This document shows, one piece after another, positions 15,368 through 23,504 of a stretch of 32,000 nt of DNA (position 1 is the stretch's first letter; every line of letters starts with the position of its first letter). A program made the translations under genes and the position numbers. Source of the DNA: Haloferax volcanii DS2 (lineage in GTDB: Archaea; Halobacteriota; Halobacteria; Halobacteriales; Haloferacaceae); assembly GCF_000025685.1 (NCBI RefSeq), contig NC_013967.1, positions 1,200,001-1,232,000 of the forward strand, given 5' to 3'. The notes under the pieces were generated by a model. The model saw only the letters and a program-made list of their open reading frames with translations, was not told the DNA's origin and did not search any database.

Positions 15368-16150
15368 TCAGACGTTCCGGTAGTCGCCCAACCGCGTGCC
15401 GTCGAGCAGGTAGGCCTCGCCGTCCGCGAGGCCGTCGGGCAGGAACGGCGAGAGAAAGCCCTGCCCGGGGACGTTGACCCACGTCCCGCCCGAGGTGTCG
15501 TTGAACGCCGGGAACACCACGAGTTCGGCGTCGGCTCGCGCGACTTCGGCGGGGACGACCTCGTGGTGTTCCGCGAACACTTCGGGAGCGAGAGCGCCGC
15601 GGAGCCAGACGCGCTCTTTCCGCGCGCCGCCGACCTCGTCTTCCAGCCTGACCGCCGGGTGTTCGTGGGCCGAACAGACCACGTCGGCGGCGAGCACTTC
15701 CCGCGAGGGCCACGTGTGGCCGTGACAGAATCCCACGTCGCCGAGGCGGACGCCCCCGGGGTCGGTCACCTCCACGTCGTCACCGAAGAAGTCCGCGAGG
15801 CCGCCGTCGTGGTTGCCGGGGACGACCGTCAGTTCGGTGCGGTCGGCCACGGCGGCCGCGAGGTCGCGGAGTTCCTCGGCCTCGTCGCCGTCCGGGTCGC
15901 CGATGCGGTGGCCGAGGTCACCGAGGACGACCAGTCGGTCGGCGTCGGTCCGGTCGAGAAGCGACAGCAGGCGCTCGCGGCGGACCGCGGCCTTCGACGG
16001 GAGTTCCACCCCGCGTTCGTACCGCAGGCCGGCCTCGATACCTGCGTGGTAGTCAGCGACGACGAGCGACCGTTCGGGGAATCCGCGCCTGCTCGTCCGC
16101 GCTACCGCGGCGGGATGACCGGGAATCGGTTCGACGAGCGGTTCCGGCAC
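15368..16150 (-). CDS. rpe: RPA-operon metallophosphoesterase (calcineurin-like)
   Basis: Phosphoesterase motifs are in order: VVADYH, VVLGDLGH, PGNHD, CHGH, SAHEH. The gene starts (GTG 16150) 4 nt after the rpap1 stop. Confidence 0.85.
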   Translation of the reverse strand: MPEPLVEPIPGHPAAVARTSRRGFPERSLVVADYHAGIEAGLRYERGVELPSKAAVRRERLLSLLDRTDADRLVVLGDLGHRIGDPDGDEAEELRDLAAAVADRTELTVVPGNHDGGLADFFGDDVEVTDPGGVRLGDVGFCHGHTWPSREVLAADVVCSAHEHPAVRLEDEVGGARKERVWLRGALAPEVFAEHHEVVPAEVARADAELVVFPAFNDTSGGTWVNVPGQGFLSPFLPDGLADGEAYLLDGTRLGDYRNV

Positions 16151-16154
16151 GGCC

Positions 16155-18026
16155 TCAGATGGCCTTCAGCACGCCGTCCTGCGGCTCGTAACACCGGCCG
16201 CCGAGGAGCGCCTCCTGGATGGCGTCTTCGACCGCGCCGGGGTCCGCGCCGTGCTCGTCGACGACGGCCGCGACGACCTCGTCGCGGGTCGCGCCGTCGC
16301 CGTCGTCGAGGTCGTCCATGGCGTCCACGACGACCGATTCGAGGTCGATGTCCTCGGCGGACTCGTCGGCGTCGGGGTCAGCGTCGGCCTCGTCTTCGTC
16401 CCCGTCCGACGCCGCGTCGGGCGTCGGCTCGGGTTCGGAGTCGACCGCTGGTTCGGGTTCCGCGGCGGCGGTCGCGGGTTCCGGGTCCGACTCGGCGGCC
16501 GCGGCGGATTCGTCTTCGAGTTGCTCTGTGAGGTCGTCCGCGTCGGGCACGTCGATGTCCGCCTCGCCGGCGGGGTCGACGTCCGCGCCGGAGGTGAACT
16601 CCGTGCCGAACTCGGATTCGATTTCGGCCCGCTCGTCCTCGTCGAGTTCGTACATCCCGTCGGGGTCGACCGAGTCGTCGGCGTCGGCGGACGCTGAGTC
16701 GGTCGAATCGGTCGAATCGCCAGCCTCGGGGTCGGGGTCGTCGAAGCCGTCGTCGAAGTCGCCGAGGGTTCCGCTTCCCGAGTCGTCGAGCGAACCGGCG
16801 TCGGTCGCGCCCGCGTCTGGGGCGTCGTCTTCGAAGTCACCGAGCGCGCCGTCGTCGAAGTCGGGCTCAGACTCGGTGTCGAGCGAGTCGGTCACCGGTT
16901 CGGGTTCGGGCTCGGACGTGAGGTCGGGTTCCGCGGCGGGTTCGGATTCGGGTTCTGCCGCGGGTTCCGGCTCCGGTTCGGAATCGACCGTCGTGGACGG
17001 CTCAGACGCCGGTTCCGACTCGGACGCCCCCGGCTGGCTCTCGGCCGCTGCCGTCGTCTCGGCGGCGACCGGCTCGGGGTCGGATGCAGACTCCGGCTCG
17101 GAATCGGGTTCTGCGATAGGCTCGGATTCGGACTCCGGTTCGACGGCCTCGGATTCGGCACCGTCGTCGAATTCCGGCTCCGAATCGAGCGTTGCGGCCG
17201 GTTCGGAACCGGACTCGTTCTCGAACTCGCCCGCGTCGGCTTCTACCTCGCCCGCGTCCGCCTCGCCGACCTCGATATCGACGCTCGCGGCCGGTTCGAG
17301 GTCGAGTTCGGGGAGCGGGCCGAGGACCGCGTCCCCGCCGTCGCCGGGGGCGACGTCGAGGGGGTCGACCTGGTCGCGGTCGCCCGCGACGAGTTCGAGC
17401 GCCTGCACGGCGACTTCGCGCAGGGCCTCGAGGTAGGTCCGGGTCGTCCCGTAGTGGTCGATGGCGCGGGGGACGCCCGCCGCGAGCGTCGAATCGACGC
17501 CGCGGGCTTCGAGCGCGCGGGTCAGGTCGTCGCCGCGGTACGGCATCGACAGCGCCTCGTCGAACACCGCGATGCGGCGGAGCGTCGCCTCGGCGGCCGA
17601 GACGATCCAGCGGTCGCGCACGTCGGCGTCGACGGTGTTGACGCTCTCCGGGCGGACCGAGGAGTAGACCACGTCGGCATCGTCAGGTTCGTAGGTGCGG
17701 GCCTTGCCCGCGAGCGAGACGAACGCCGGGGGCGTCGCCGCGTCGAGGTAGGCCATCGGCTCCGGTTGGTACTGCCCGGCGTAGGTGACGAACGCGCCCG
17801 TCGGGTCCGCGATGCGCCCGCGGAGCACCTCGTCGTTGACGTGTTCGACCTCGGTGAGCACGCCCGCGACGAACGTCCGGTTGAGCCGCGCGCCGGTGGG
17901 CGTGACCACGTAGTTGGGCGCGCGCTCCTCGTCGCTCTCGGAGTACGACAGCGACGCGTCGTCGAACTCGGCGGCGAAGACGCGGTAGGCGATTTCCCGC
18001 GTGCCGACGACCGGCGAGGCGCTCAT
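16155..18026 (-). CDS. rpap1: RPA-associated protein (COG3390-type OB-fold N-domain, long acidic repeat tract, small C-terminal domain)
   Basis: 623 aa from ATG 18026, which overlaps the rpa1 stop (ATGA). The N-terminal roughly 215 aa are globular, residues about 220-565 are hyper-acidic low complexity, and the C-terminal roughly 55 aa are globular. Position matches the rpa1-rpap1-rpe operon described in Haloferax volcanii. Confidence 0.8.
   Translation of the reverse strand: MSASPVVGTREIAYRVFAAEFDDASLSYSESDEERAPNYVVTPTGARLNRTFVAGVLTEVEHVNDEVLRGRIADPTGAFVTYAGQYQPEPMAYLDAATPPAFVSLAGKARTYEPDDADVVYSSVRPESVNTVDADVRDRWIVSAAEATLRRIAVFDEALSMPYRGDDLTRALEARGVDSTLAAGVPRAIDHYGTTRTYLEALREVAVQALELVAGDRDQVDPLDVAPGDGGDAVLGPLPELDLEPAASVDIEVGEADAGEVEADAGEFENESGSEPAATLDSEPEFDDGAESEAVEPESESEPIAEPDSEPESASDPEPVAAETTAAAESQPGASESEPASEPSTTVDSEPEPEPAAEPESEPAAEPDLTSEPEPEPVTDSLDTESEPDFDDGALGDFEDDAPDAGATDAGSLDDSGSGTLGDFDDGFDDPDPEAGDSTDSTDSASADADDSVDPDGMYELDEDERAEIESEFGTEFTSGADVDPAGEADIDVPDADDLTEQLEDESAAAAESDPEPATAAAEPEPAVDSEPEPTPDAASDGDEDEADADPDADESAEDIDLESVVVDAMDDLDDGDGATRDEVVAAVVDEHGADPGAVEDAIQEALLGGRCYEPQDGVLKAI
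16332..17369 (-). repeat. coding low-complexity tract: degenerate acidic S/E/P/D/A repeats inside rpap1
   Basis: Residues about 220-565 consist of reiterated SEPEPEP, AAEPESEP and DSEPE units, plus three [EP][DE]FDDG or GDF[DE]DD motifs. Confidence 0.85.
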
Positions 18027-19306
18027 GCGCGCACCTCCGTGAGGAGGGCGGCCGCGCGTTCGGCCGGGTCGTCGTCGGTCTCCTCGAACTCGTCGGTTTC
18101 GAGGTTCGCACCGTACTCGTCCACCGAGAGGTTCCCGCGGACGCGGTACTCGCGGCCGACGAGCGTGTCGGCGATGTCGTCGGCGACGACCTCCTTGTCC
18201 ATCGCCTCGCGGGCGGCCTCCATCGCGTCGGCCATCGTCCCGCCGTAGATTTCCTCTGTGAGGTCGCGGTCGAGGATGGCGGTCACCGTGCCGGTGCCGT
18301 CGTCGAGAATCGCCTTCACGCGCATGTCGTCCTCGCCGTCGACCTCGCCGTGCTGGCGGCACTGGCCGTTCTGGACGACGCGGCTACACTTGGGACAGCG
18401 CTCGATGAGCCCGGAGCCGTCGCGCACTTCGAGGACGTTCCCGAGCAGTTCCACGTCGAACATCCCGCCGGCGTCGACGGCCTCACCGATTTTCAGACGC
18501 GGCGCGGAGTCCGTCACGGAAACGGGGTCGTCGAGCACGTCGAGCGTCGTGAACTCCGAGAGGTTCACCTGCGGCACGCCGCGGAACTCGCGGACGTACA
18601 CGTCCGAGAGACGCAGGCTCGCGCCCTCCTCCACGTCTGGGCGGGGAGCCCAGTCGGTGAAGGGAAGCCGGCCGGTTTCGTCGGCGACGACGCCCGAGAG
18701 GATTGTCGTCTCGCCGTTGCGGCCGTCGATGGTGCGCGAATCGACTTCGAGGACGCGGACCTCGACGGTTCGGCCGCGGTCGCCGGCTTGCAGGTCGATG
18801 AGGTCGGCCTCGCCGCCGATGCGGTCGTCGTAGGGCGTCTCGACCGTCTCGGACTCCACGCCGACCGTCGAGGACGCGCCGATGTTCAGTTCGGGCTTGC
18901 CGTCCCACTCGCGGACGCCGGCGTTACCGATGACGACGGAGTCGCCCGGTTCGAAGCCGAAGTCCTGCCACGCGGTGTAGGAGATGACGCCGGACTCGTC
19001 GGCGAGTTCTCCCTCGCGGATGGTCTGTTCGTCGCCCTGATAGACGATAGAGCGCGTGCCCACGGTGAGCACGCGGACCGTCACGGAGACGTTGCCGCCA
19101 TCGGGGTCGATGTCGACGATGCGCTTCGTCGCGGGCGCGCCGTCGCTCCCGCCGGAACTGCCGCCGCCGTGTTTCCGTCGGACGCTCTGTTTCGCCTCGT
19201 CGAGCGGGACGCTGTACTGCAGCAGGTTCTGCAGGTCGGATTTGACCTCCTCTTTGTCGACACCGAGGGCGGAGGCGAGCTCCTCGGCATGCTGGTCGAG
19301 TTCCAT
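18023..19306 (-). CDS. rpa1: replication protein A (ssDNA-binding, multiple OB folds plus zinc finger)
   Basis: 427 aa with repeated OB-fold blocks and the zinc motif CPKCSRVVQNGQCRQHG. TATA box TTTTTAT (complement of 19331-19338) lies about 29 nt upstream of ATG 19306. Confidence 0.9.
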   Translation of the reverse strand: MELDQHAEELASALGVDKEEVKSDLQNLLQYSVPLDEAKQSVRRKHGGGSSGGSDGAPATKRIVDIDPDGGNVSVTVRVLTVGTRSIVYQGDEQTIREGELADESGVISYTAWQDFGFEPGDSVVIGNAGVREWDGKPELNIGASSTVGVESETVETPYDDRIGGEADLIDLQAGDRGRTVEVRVLEVDSRTIDGRNGETTILSGVVADETGRLPFTDWAPRPDVEEGASLRLSDVYVREFRGVPQVNLSEFTTLDVLDDPVSVTDSAPRLKIGEAVDAGGMFDVELLGNVLEVRDGSGLIERCPKCSRVVQNGQCRQHGEVDGEDDMRVKAILDDGTGTVTAILDRDLTEEIYGGTMADAMEAAREAMDKEVVADDIADTLVGREYRVRGNLSVDEYGANLETDEFEETDDDPAERAAALLTEVRA

Positions 19307-19330
19307 CGAGTCGGGATTCGCCCCCGTCGG

Positions 19331-19338
19331 ATAAAAAG
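19331..19338 (-). promoter_or_regulatory. TATA box (CTTTTTAT) for the rpa1 operon
   Basis: Centred about 29 nt upstream of ATG 19306. Confidence 0.55.
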
Positions 19339-19398
19339 TGTTGCCGGGCGGCCGGCCGCGGGCGAATCACTAAGTGCTCGCGTGCCAGTTGGACCCGT

Positions 19399-19776
19399 AT
19401 GTCGAACGACGAGGGGCCGGACGCCGGCGACGCCGACGAGGAGGTCTCGTTTTCCGTGACCATCGAGGACGGCTGGACGACCATCGTGATGGAAGGCGAC
19501 AAGGACTCCGCGGTCGTCGTCCAGTCGGCGTCCGGCGAGCGAATCTACCTCCCGCCGGAGGGGTTCGACGCCGAGGCCGCAAGCGACAGCGCCTACCAGT
19601 CGTCGGACAGCCCCTACCAGTCGGCGTACGACTCGCCGTACCAGTCGGTGCAGACCGACGACTCGCCGTACCAGTCCGCCCGCGGGACGATGCCGCGAGA
19701 GGGGATGGTGCCCACCCGCGGCGGCTACCGGATTCGCCACCCCGAGCCGGTGACCGACGTGCGCCTCCTCCGCTGA
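19399..19776 (+). CDS. hypothetical protein with four D-S-[AP]-Y-Q-S tandem repeats
   Basis: 125 aa and GC3-biased. The repeat block is residues 63-93. It is divergent from rpa1. Confidence 0.7.
   Translation: MSNDEGPDAGDADEEVSFSVTIEDGWTTIVMEGDKDSAVVVQSASGERIYLPPEGFDAEAASDSAYQSSDSPYQSAYDSPYQSVQTDDSPYQSARGTMPREGMVPTRGGYRIRHPEPVTDVRLLR
19585..19677 (+). repeat. four tandem D-S-[AP]-Y-Q-S coding repeats
   Basis: DSAYQS-S-DSPYQS-AY-DSPYQS-VQTD-DSPYQS. At DNA level, gac-agc/tcg-ccc/ccg-tac-cag-tcg is reiterated. Confidence 0.9.
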
Positions 19777-19835
19777 ACGCGGGGCGACCGGCCGGACGAA
19801 TTGCCAAGTGCCGACTCCGCGACTCCGATTTTGCG

Positions 19836-20963
19836 TCAGTTCGCGTCCGACTCGGCGGCGTCCGCGTCGCTGGCTTCGACTTCGTTTTCCGCCCCGGCAG
19901 AGACGTCGGTGTCCCCGTCGAGGATGCTGTGGTAGTACTCCACCGTCTCGTCGACGACGCGGTCCCACGTGTACGGTTCGTACTCCGGTTCTCCCTCCAG
20001 CGAGAGGCCGTACTCGATACCGTCGGCGATAGAGCGCGAGTCGGGTTCGACCTCGATGACGCAGTCCTCGGGGAGGACCTCGGCTGCGCCGCTTTCCGTG
20101 GCGACGACGCGGGTGCCCGTCGAGAGCGCCTCGACGATGGTGATGCCGAACGGTTCGGACAGCGACGGCGAGACGAACAGGTCCGCCGAGGCGTAGTAGT
20201 CACCGAGCGCCTCCTCGGGGACGTAGCCGGCCCACTCGATGCGGTCTTCGACGCCGAGCAGCTCTGCGAACCGCTTGAGCTGGGCGGTGAGGTGGCCCGA
20301 CCCGCCCATGACGAGCGTCACGTCGTCGCGGGCGAGTTTCTCCATCGCGTAGACGAGATGCGAGATGCCCTTCTGGTCGGTGTGGCGGCCGACGAAAAAC
20401 AGCATCTTCCCGTCGATGCCGAGTTCTTCCTTGAGGTCGCGACCCGTCGTCTCGCACTCCGAAAAGCCGTTGTAGATGACGTGGCAGTCGCCGCCGTACT
20501 CGCGTTTGACCTTGTCGGCGAGGAGTTCGCTCACCGCGAGCAGGTGGTCACAGCGCTCGGCGATTCGGCGCTCGGTCTCGACTTCCCGCTGCGGCGGGTC
20601 GATGTTGCGGTCGGACGAAAGCGAGTGGAACGTGGTCACCCACTCCACGTCCTCGTTGTTCGACTTCGCGCGCGACCCCGGCCCGTAGCCGAACCAGTCG
20701 TGGGTGTGGACGATGTCGGCCTCGGCGGCGCGCTCCGCGAACGTCGACCCCAGCCGTCCGATTCGGGTGATGATGTCCCCTTCGCCCGTCGGGACCCCGA
20801 CGATTCCCTCGCGGTCCGGCGCGTACTCGGCGGGAAGCACGAGTTCGATGTCCACGCCATCCCGGTCTTCGAGTCGCTCGAACATCTCGCCGACGTGCGT
20901 GTCGAGCCCGCCGCTGACGTTCGGCGGAAACCCCCACCCCAGCATCAGGACCTTGGCAGTCAT
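19836..20963 (-). CDS. glycosyltransferase family 4 protein
   Basis: 375 aa from ATG 20963. The N-terminus is KVLMLGWGFPPNVSGGLDTHV, and the GT4 E-x7-E region is SLSEPFGITIVEAL. The tail is acidic. Confidence 0.87.
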   Translation of the reverse strand: MTAKVLMLGWGFPPNVSGGLDTHVGEMFERLEDRDGVDIELVLPAEYAPDREGIVGVPTGEGDIITRIGRLGSTFAERAAEADIVHTHDWFGYGPGSRAKSNNEDVEWVTTFHSLSSDRNIDPPQREVETERRIAERCDHLLAVSELLADKVKREYGGDCHVIYNGFSECETTGRDLKEELGIDGKMLFFVGRHTDQKGISHLVYAMEKLARDDVTLVMGGSGHLTAQLKRFAELLGVEDRIEWAGYVPEEALGDYYASADLFVSPSLSEPFGITIVEALSTGTRVVATESGAAEVLPEDCVIEVEPDSRSIADGIEYGLSLEGEPEYEPYTWDRVVDETVEYYHSILDGDTDVSAGAENEVEASDADAAESDAN

Positions 20964-20990
20964 AGATGACACAATGTACCACAGAGGCCT

Positions 20991-20998
20991 ATTTAATT
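20991..20998 (-). promoter_or_regulatory. TATA-like element (AATTAAAT) for the GT4 gene
   Basis: Centred about 31 nt upstream of ATG 20963. Confidence 0.45.
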
Positions 20999-21036
20999 CC
21001 TGTCCGGCAACACCGTGAGAGCGCCTCACCGAAAGG

Positions 21037-21049
21037 CGTTTTCGCCGCG
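21037..21049 (+). promoter_or_regulatory. CGTTTTCGCCGCG element, TATA-like core upstream of the reductase gene
   Basis: The T-run is centred about 26 nt upstream of ATG 21066. The identical 13-mer recurs at 21770-21782. Confidence 0.4.
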
Positions 21050-21065
21050 GCGACGACCCGCGAGT

Positions 21066-21725
21066 ATGCACGTCCACGTCAACGCCGCCGCGAGCCTCGA
21101 CGGCAAGCTCTCGTCTCGACGCCGCGAACAGGTGACGATAAGCGGCGACGACGACTTCGCCCGCGTGGACGAGATTCGCGCGACCGCCGACGCCGTCGCC
21201 GTCGGCGTCGGAACCGTCCTCGCAGACGACCCGCATCTCACGCTCGACGACCCCGGCCTCGTCGCCGCCCGCGAGGACCGCGGCGACTCGCCGCATCCCG
21301 CCCGCGTCGTTGCTGACTCGCGCGCCCGAACCCCGACCGACGCCCGGATTCTGGACGACGCGGCGACGACCTACCTCCTCGTCTCCGAGGCCGCGCCCGG
21401 AGGCCGGCGCGAGGCGCTCGAAGCCGCCGGGGCGGAACTCGTCGTCGCAGGCGCGGAGCGGGTGTCGCTCCCCGACGCCTTCGACGCGCTCGAAGCGCGC
21501 GGCGTCGACCGACTCATGGTCGAGGGCGGCGGCGAACTCATCTTCTCGCTGTTCGAGGCCGGCCTCGTCGACGAACTCACGCTCTACGTCGGCTCGCTGG
21601 TCATCGGCGGTCGCGACGCGCCGACGCTCGCCGACGGCGATGGGTTCGTTTCCGACTTCCCCCGGCTGTCGCTCCGCGACGTGGAGCGGGTCGACGACGG
21701 GGTGCTTCTGACCTACGACTGCTGA
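21066..21725 (+). CDS. 2,5-diamino-6-(ribosylamino)-4(3H)-pyrimidinone 5'-phosphate reductase (RibD C-terminal-domain family, archaeal riboflavin pathway)
   Basis: 219 aa from ATG 21066. The sequence MHVHVNAAASLDGKLS...VGVGTVLADDPHLT...DRLMVEGGGELIFSL is typical of the RibD_C reductase fold. Confidence 0.85.
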   Translation: MHVHVNAAASLDGKLSSRRREQVTISGDDDFARVDEIRATADAVAVGVGTVLADDPHLTLDDPGLVAAREDRGDSPHPARVVADSRARTPTDARILDDAATTYLLVSEAAPGGRREALEAAGAELVVAGAERVSLPDAFDALEARGVDRLMVEGGGELIFSLFEAGLVDELTLYVGSLVIGGRDAPTLADGDGFVSDFPRLSLRDVERVDDGVLLTYDC

Positions 21726-21727
21726 GT

Positions 21728-21757
21728 CTGCGCCTGCGCCTGCGCCTCCGCCTCGTC
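21728..21757. repeat. intergenic hexamer microsatellite (CTGCGC)x3 followed by CTCCGC and CTCGTC
   Basis: Read directly from the sequence, immediately after the reductase stop codon. Confidence 0.8.
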
Positions 21758-21771
21758 TGCGAATCCGACCG

Positions 21772-21794
21772 TTTTCGCCGCGAATGCGGCGTTT
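21772..21794 (+). terminator. TTTT-CGCCGC-gaat-GCGGCG-TTT hairpin flanked by T runs
   Basis: A perfect 6-bp GC stem with a 4-nt loop lies about 50 nt after the reductase stop. It could terminate in either direction, and it overlaps the repeated 13-mer. Confidence 0.3.
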
Positions 21795-21859
21795 CGCGGT
21801 CGTGCGTCGCCGCGCAAACAGGCGCAATGGGTAAGAGTGTCGCGCCGATACGTGGGGAT

Positions 21860-22195
21860 ATGAGCACTCCGAAGACAACCGACGCGCCTATCCATATCGA
21901 GAGTTCGGACCAACTCGACGAACTCGTCGCCGACAGCGCGGTCGTTCTCGTGGACTACCACGCCGACTGGTGCGGCCCGTGTAAGATGCTCGAACCCACC
22001 GTGAAGGAAATCGCCGAGGAGACCGACGCCGTCGTCGCCAAGGTCGACATCGACGAACTCCAAGAGCTGGCCCGCGAGCAGGGGATTCGCAGCGTCCCGA
22101 CCCTCCAGTTCTACGCCGGCGGCGAGCAGGTCAAAGAGGTCATCGGCGTCCAGAGCAAAGAGGACCTCGTCGACATCATCGAAGCCGCCGCGTAA
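21860..22195 (+). CDS. trxA: thioredoxin
   Basis: WCGPC active site followed by SVPTLQFY. ATG 21860 is preferred, and ATG 21827 is an alternative 11 codons upstream. Confidence 0.93.
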   Translation: MSTPKTTDAPIHIESSDQLDELVADSAVVLVDYHADWCGPCKMLEPTVKEIAEETDAVVAKVDIDELQELAREQGIRSVPTLQFYAGGEQVKEVIGVQSKEDLVDIIEAAA

Positions 22196-22321
22196 GCGGG
22201 CGCCAGCTCCGTTCGGCCCGATTCTCCGTTTATCTCTCACGGCGAGCGACGGCGCGGCGCGCGCTCGGAGCGTCGTCGCTCGTGGGGTCGGCTCGGTCGA
22301 AAGGCGATGGTAGAAGGCCGC

Positions 22322-22636
22322 TCAGAAGGGCGCGTCGGACACGTCGGGTTCGAACCCCGCGCCCGGCTCGTCGTCGTAGAAGCCGCCGGTCGAGGCGTGG
22401 ACCGCGTCTATCTCCTCGAACTCGGCGACCATGCGCGCCTTCAGTGCCTGGATCGTCATCGGCGAGATGCCGCATCCGGAACACGCGCCGGTGAGTGAAA
22501 TCCACACCTCGCCGGTCTCCTCGTCGATTGCCTCGATACCCGCGTCGCCGCCGTGCATCTCGATTTGGGGGAAGTTCCGCCGCATGAACAGGTCGAGCCG
22601 TTCTTCGAGGGACTTCTCCGACGTCTGCGAACTCAT
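22322..22636 (-). CDS. NifU-family Fe-S cluster assembly/scaffold protein (Nfu-type domain)
   Basis: 104 aa from ATG 22636. The sequence is [15 protein letters not shown]...[16 protein letters not shown], containing a CxxC motif. Confidence 0.85.
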   Translation of the reverse strand: MSSQTSEKSLEERLDLFMRRNFPQIEMHGGDAGIEAIDEETGEVWISLTGACSGCGISPMTIQALKARMVAEFEEIDAVHASTGGFYDDEPGAGFEPDVSDAPF

Positions 22637-22730
22637 ACCGAGAGGTGGGGTGCGGGCGAGCATAACGATTGCTCCGAACGGGTCGCGGCGAATTTCGCGA
22701 GACGCTGTCGGGGGAGTCGGTCGGCGAGGG

Positions 22731-22738
22731 CTTTTTAC
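22731..22738 (+). promoter_or_regulatory. TATA-like element (CTTTTTAC) for the SBDS gene
   Basis: Centred about 27 nt upstream of ATG 22761. Confidence 0.45.
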
Positions 22739-22760
22739 CACGGAGAGAGTATCGGAACCT

Positions 22761-23477
22761 ATGATTTCACTCGACGAGGCAGTCACGGCCCGCCTGGAAT
22801 CTCACGGCGCGCGGTTCGAGGTGCTCATCGACCCCGACGCGGCGCTCTCGATAAAGCGCGGTGAGTTCGACGGCGACCTCGAAGAGGTCATCGCCGCCGA
22901 AGACGTGTTCGAGGACGCCTCCCGCGGCGACCGCCCCGCCGAGAACGACCTCGAGAAGGTGTTCGGAACGACCGACCCGCTCCAGATAATCCCCGAGGTC
23001 GTCAAGAAAGGCGAGATTCAGATCACGGCCGAACAGCGCCGCGAGATGCAAGAACAGAAGCGCAAGTCGCTCATCAACCGCATCGCCCGCAACGCGGTCA
23101 ACCCGCAGATGAACGACTCGCCGCACCCGCCGGAGCGAATCGAGCGCGCGCTCGAGGAGGCCGGGTTCAAAATCGACCCGATGGAGCCGGTCGAGTCACA
23201 GGTCGACGACGCGCTCGACGCGCTCCGACCCGTGTTGCCAATCAAGTTCGCCGAAGTCACCGTCGCCGTCCAACTCCCGGCCGAGTACGCCGGCAGCGGA
23301 CAGGCACAGATTCGGAGCTACGGCGACCTCGAACGCGAGGAGTGGCAGAACGACGGCTCGTGGGTCGGCGTCATCACGTTCCCCGCGGGGATGCAAAACG
23401 ACTTCTACGACAAGGTGAACAACATCACGAGCGGCACGGCCGAGACGCGCATCGTCAAGGACGAAGACGAACTCTGA
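22761..23477 (+). CDS. SBDS-family ribosome maturation protein (SDO1)
   Basis: 238 aa from ATG 22761. The [18 protein letters not shown]-domain is followed by central and C-terminal SBDS domains. TATA-like CTTTTTAC (22731-22738) is centred about 27 nt upstream. Confidence 0.92.
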   Translation: MISLDEAVTARLESHGARFEVLIDPDAALSIKRGEFDGDLEEVIAAEDVFEDASRGDRPAENDLEKVFGTTDPLQIIPEVVKKGEIQITAEQRREMQEQKRKSLINRIARNAVNPQMNDSPHPPERIERALEEAGFKIDPMEPVESQVDDALDALRPVLPIKFAEVTVAVQLPAEYAGSGQAQIRSYGDLEREEWQNDGSWVGVITFPAGMQNDFYDKVNNITSGTAETRIVKDEDEL

Positions 23478-23504
23478 GGCGCGTCGGCGAGTCTCGAACG
23501 CGAA

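Noticed and set aside
16332-17369. Possible CRISPR-like or satellite array, suggested by the periodic short repeats.
   Set aside because: The repeats are degenerate and in-frame, and they encode an acidic low-complexity protein segment. There is no repeat-spacer architecture and no cas genes.
16219-17436. 405-aa Ser/Gly/Ala-rich ORF on the plus strand over the rpap1 acidic tract.
   Set aside because: It is the mirror image of the GAG/GAC/CCG-rich coding repeats on the minus strand. It has no start context and no independent coding signal.
22196-22321. Inverted repeat GAGCGACG...CGTCGCTC and a GC-rich palindromic stretch between thioredoxin and NifU, considered as a structured RNA.
   Set aside because: This is a convergent 3' intergenic region. 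Short GC-rich inverted repeats are expected by chance at this GC content, and at most it is a terminator structure. There is nothing to support an ncRNA call.
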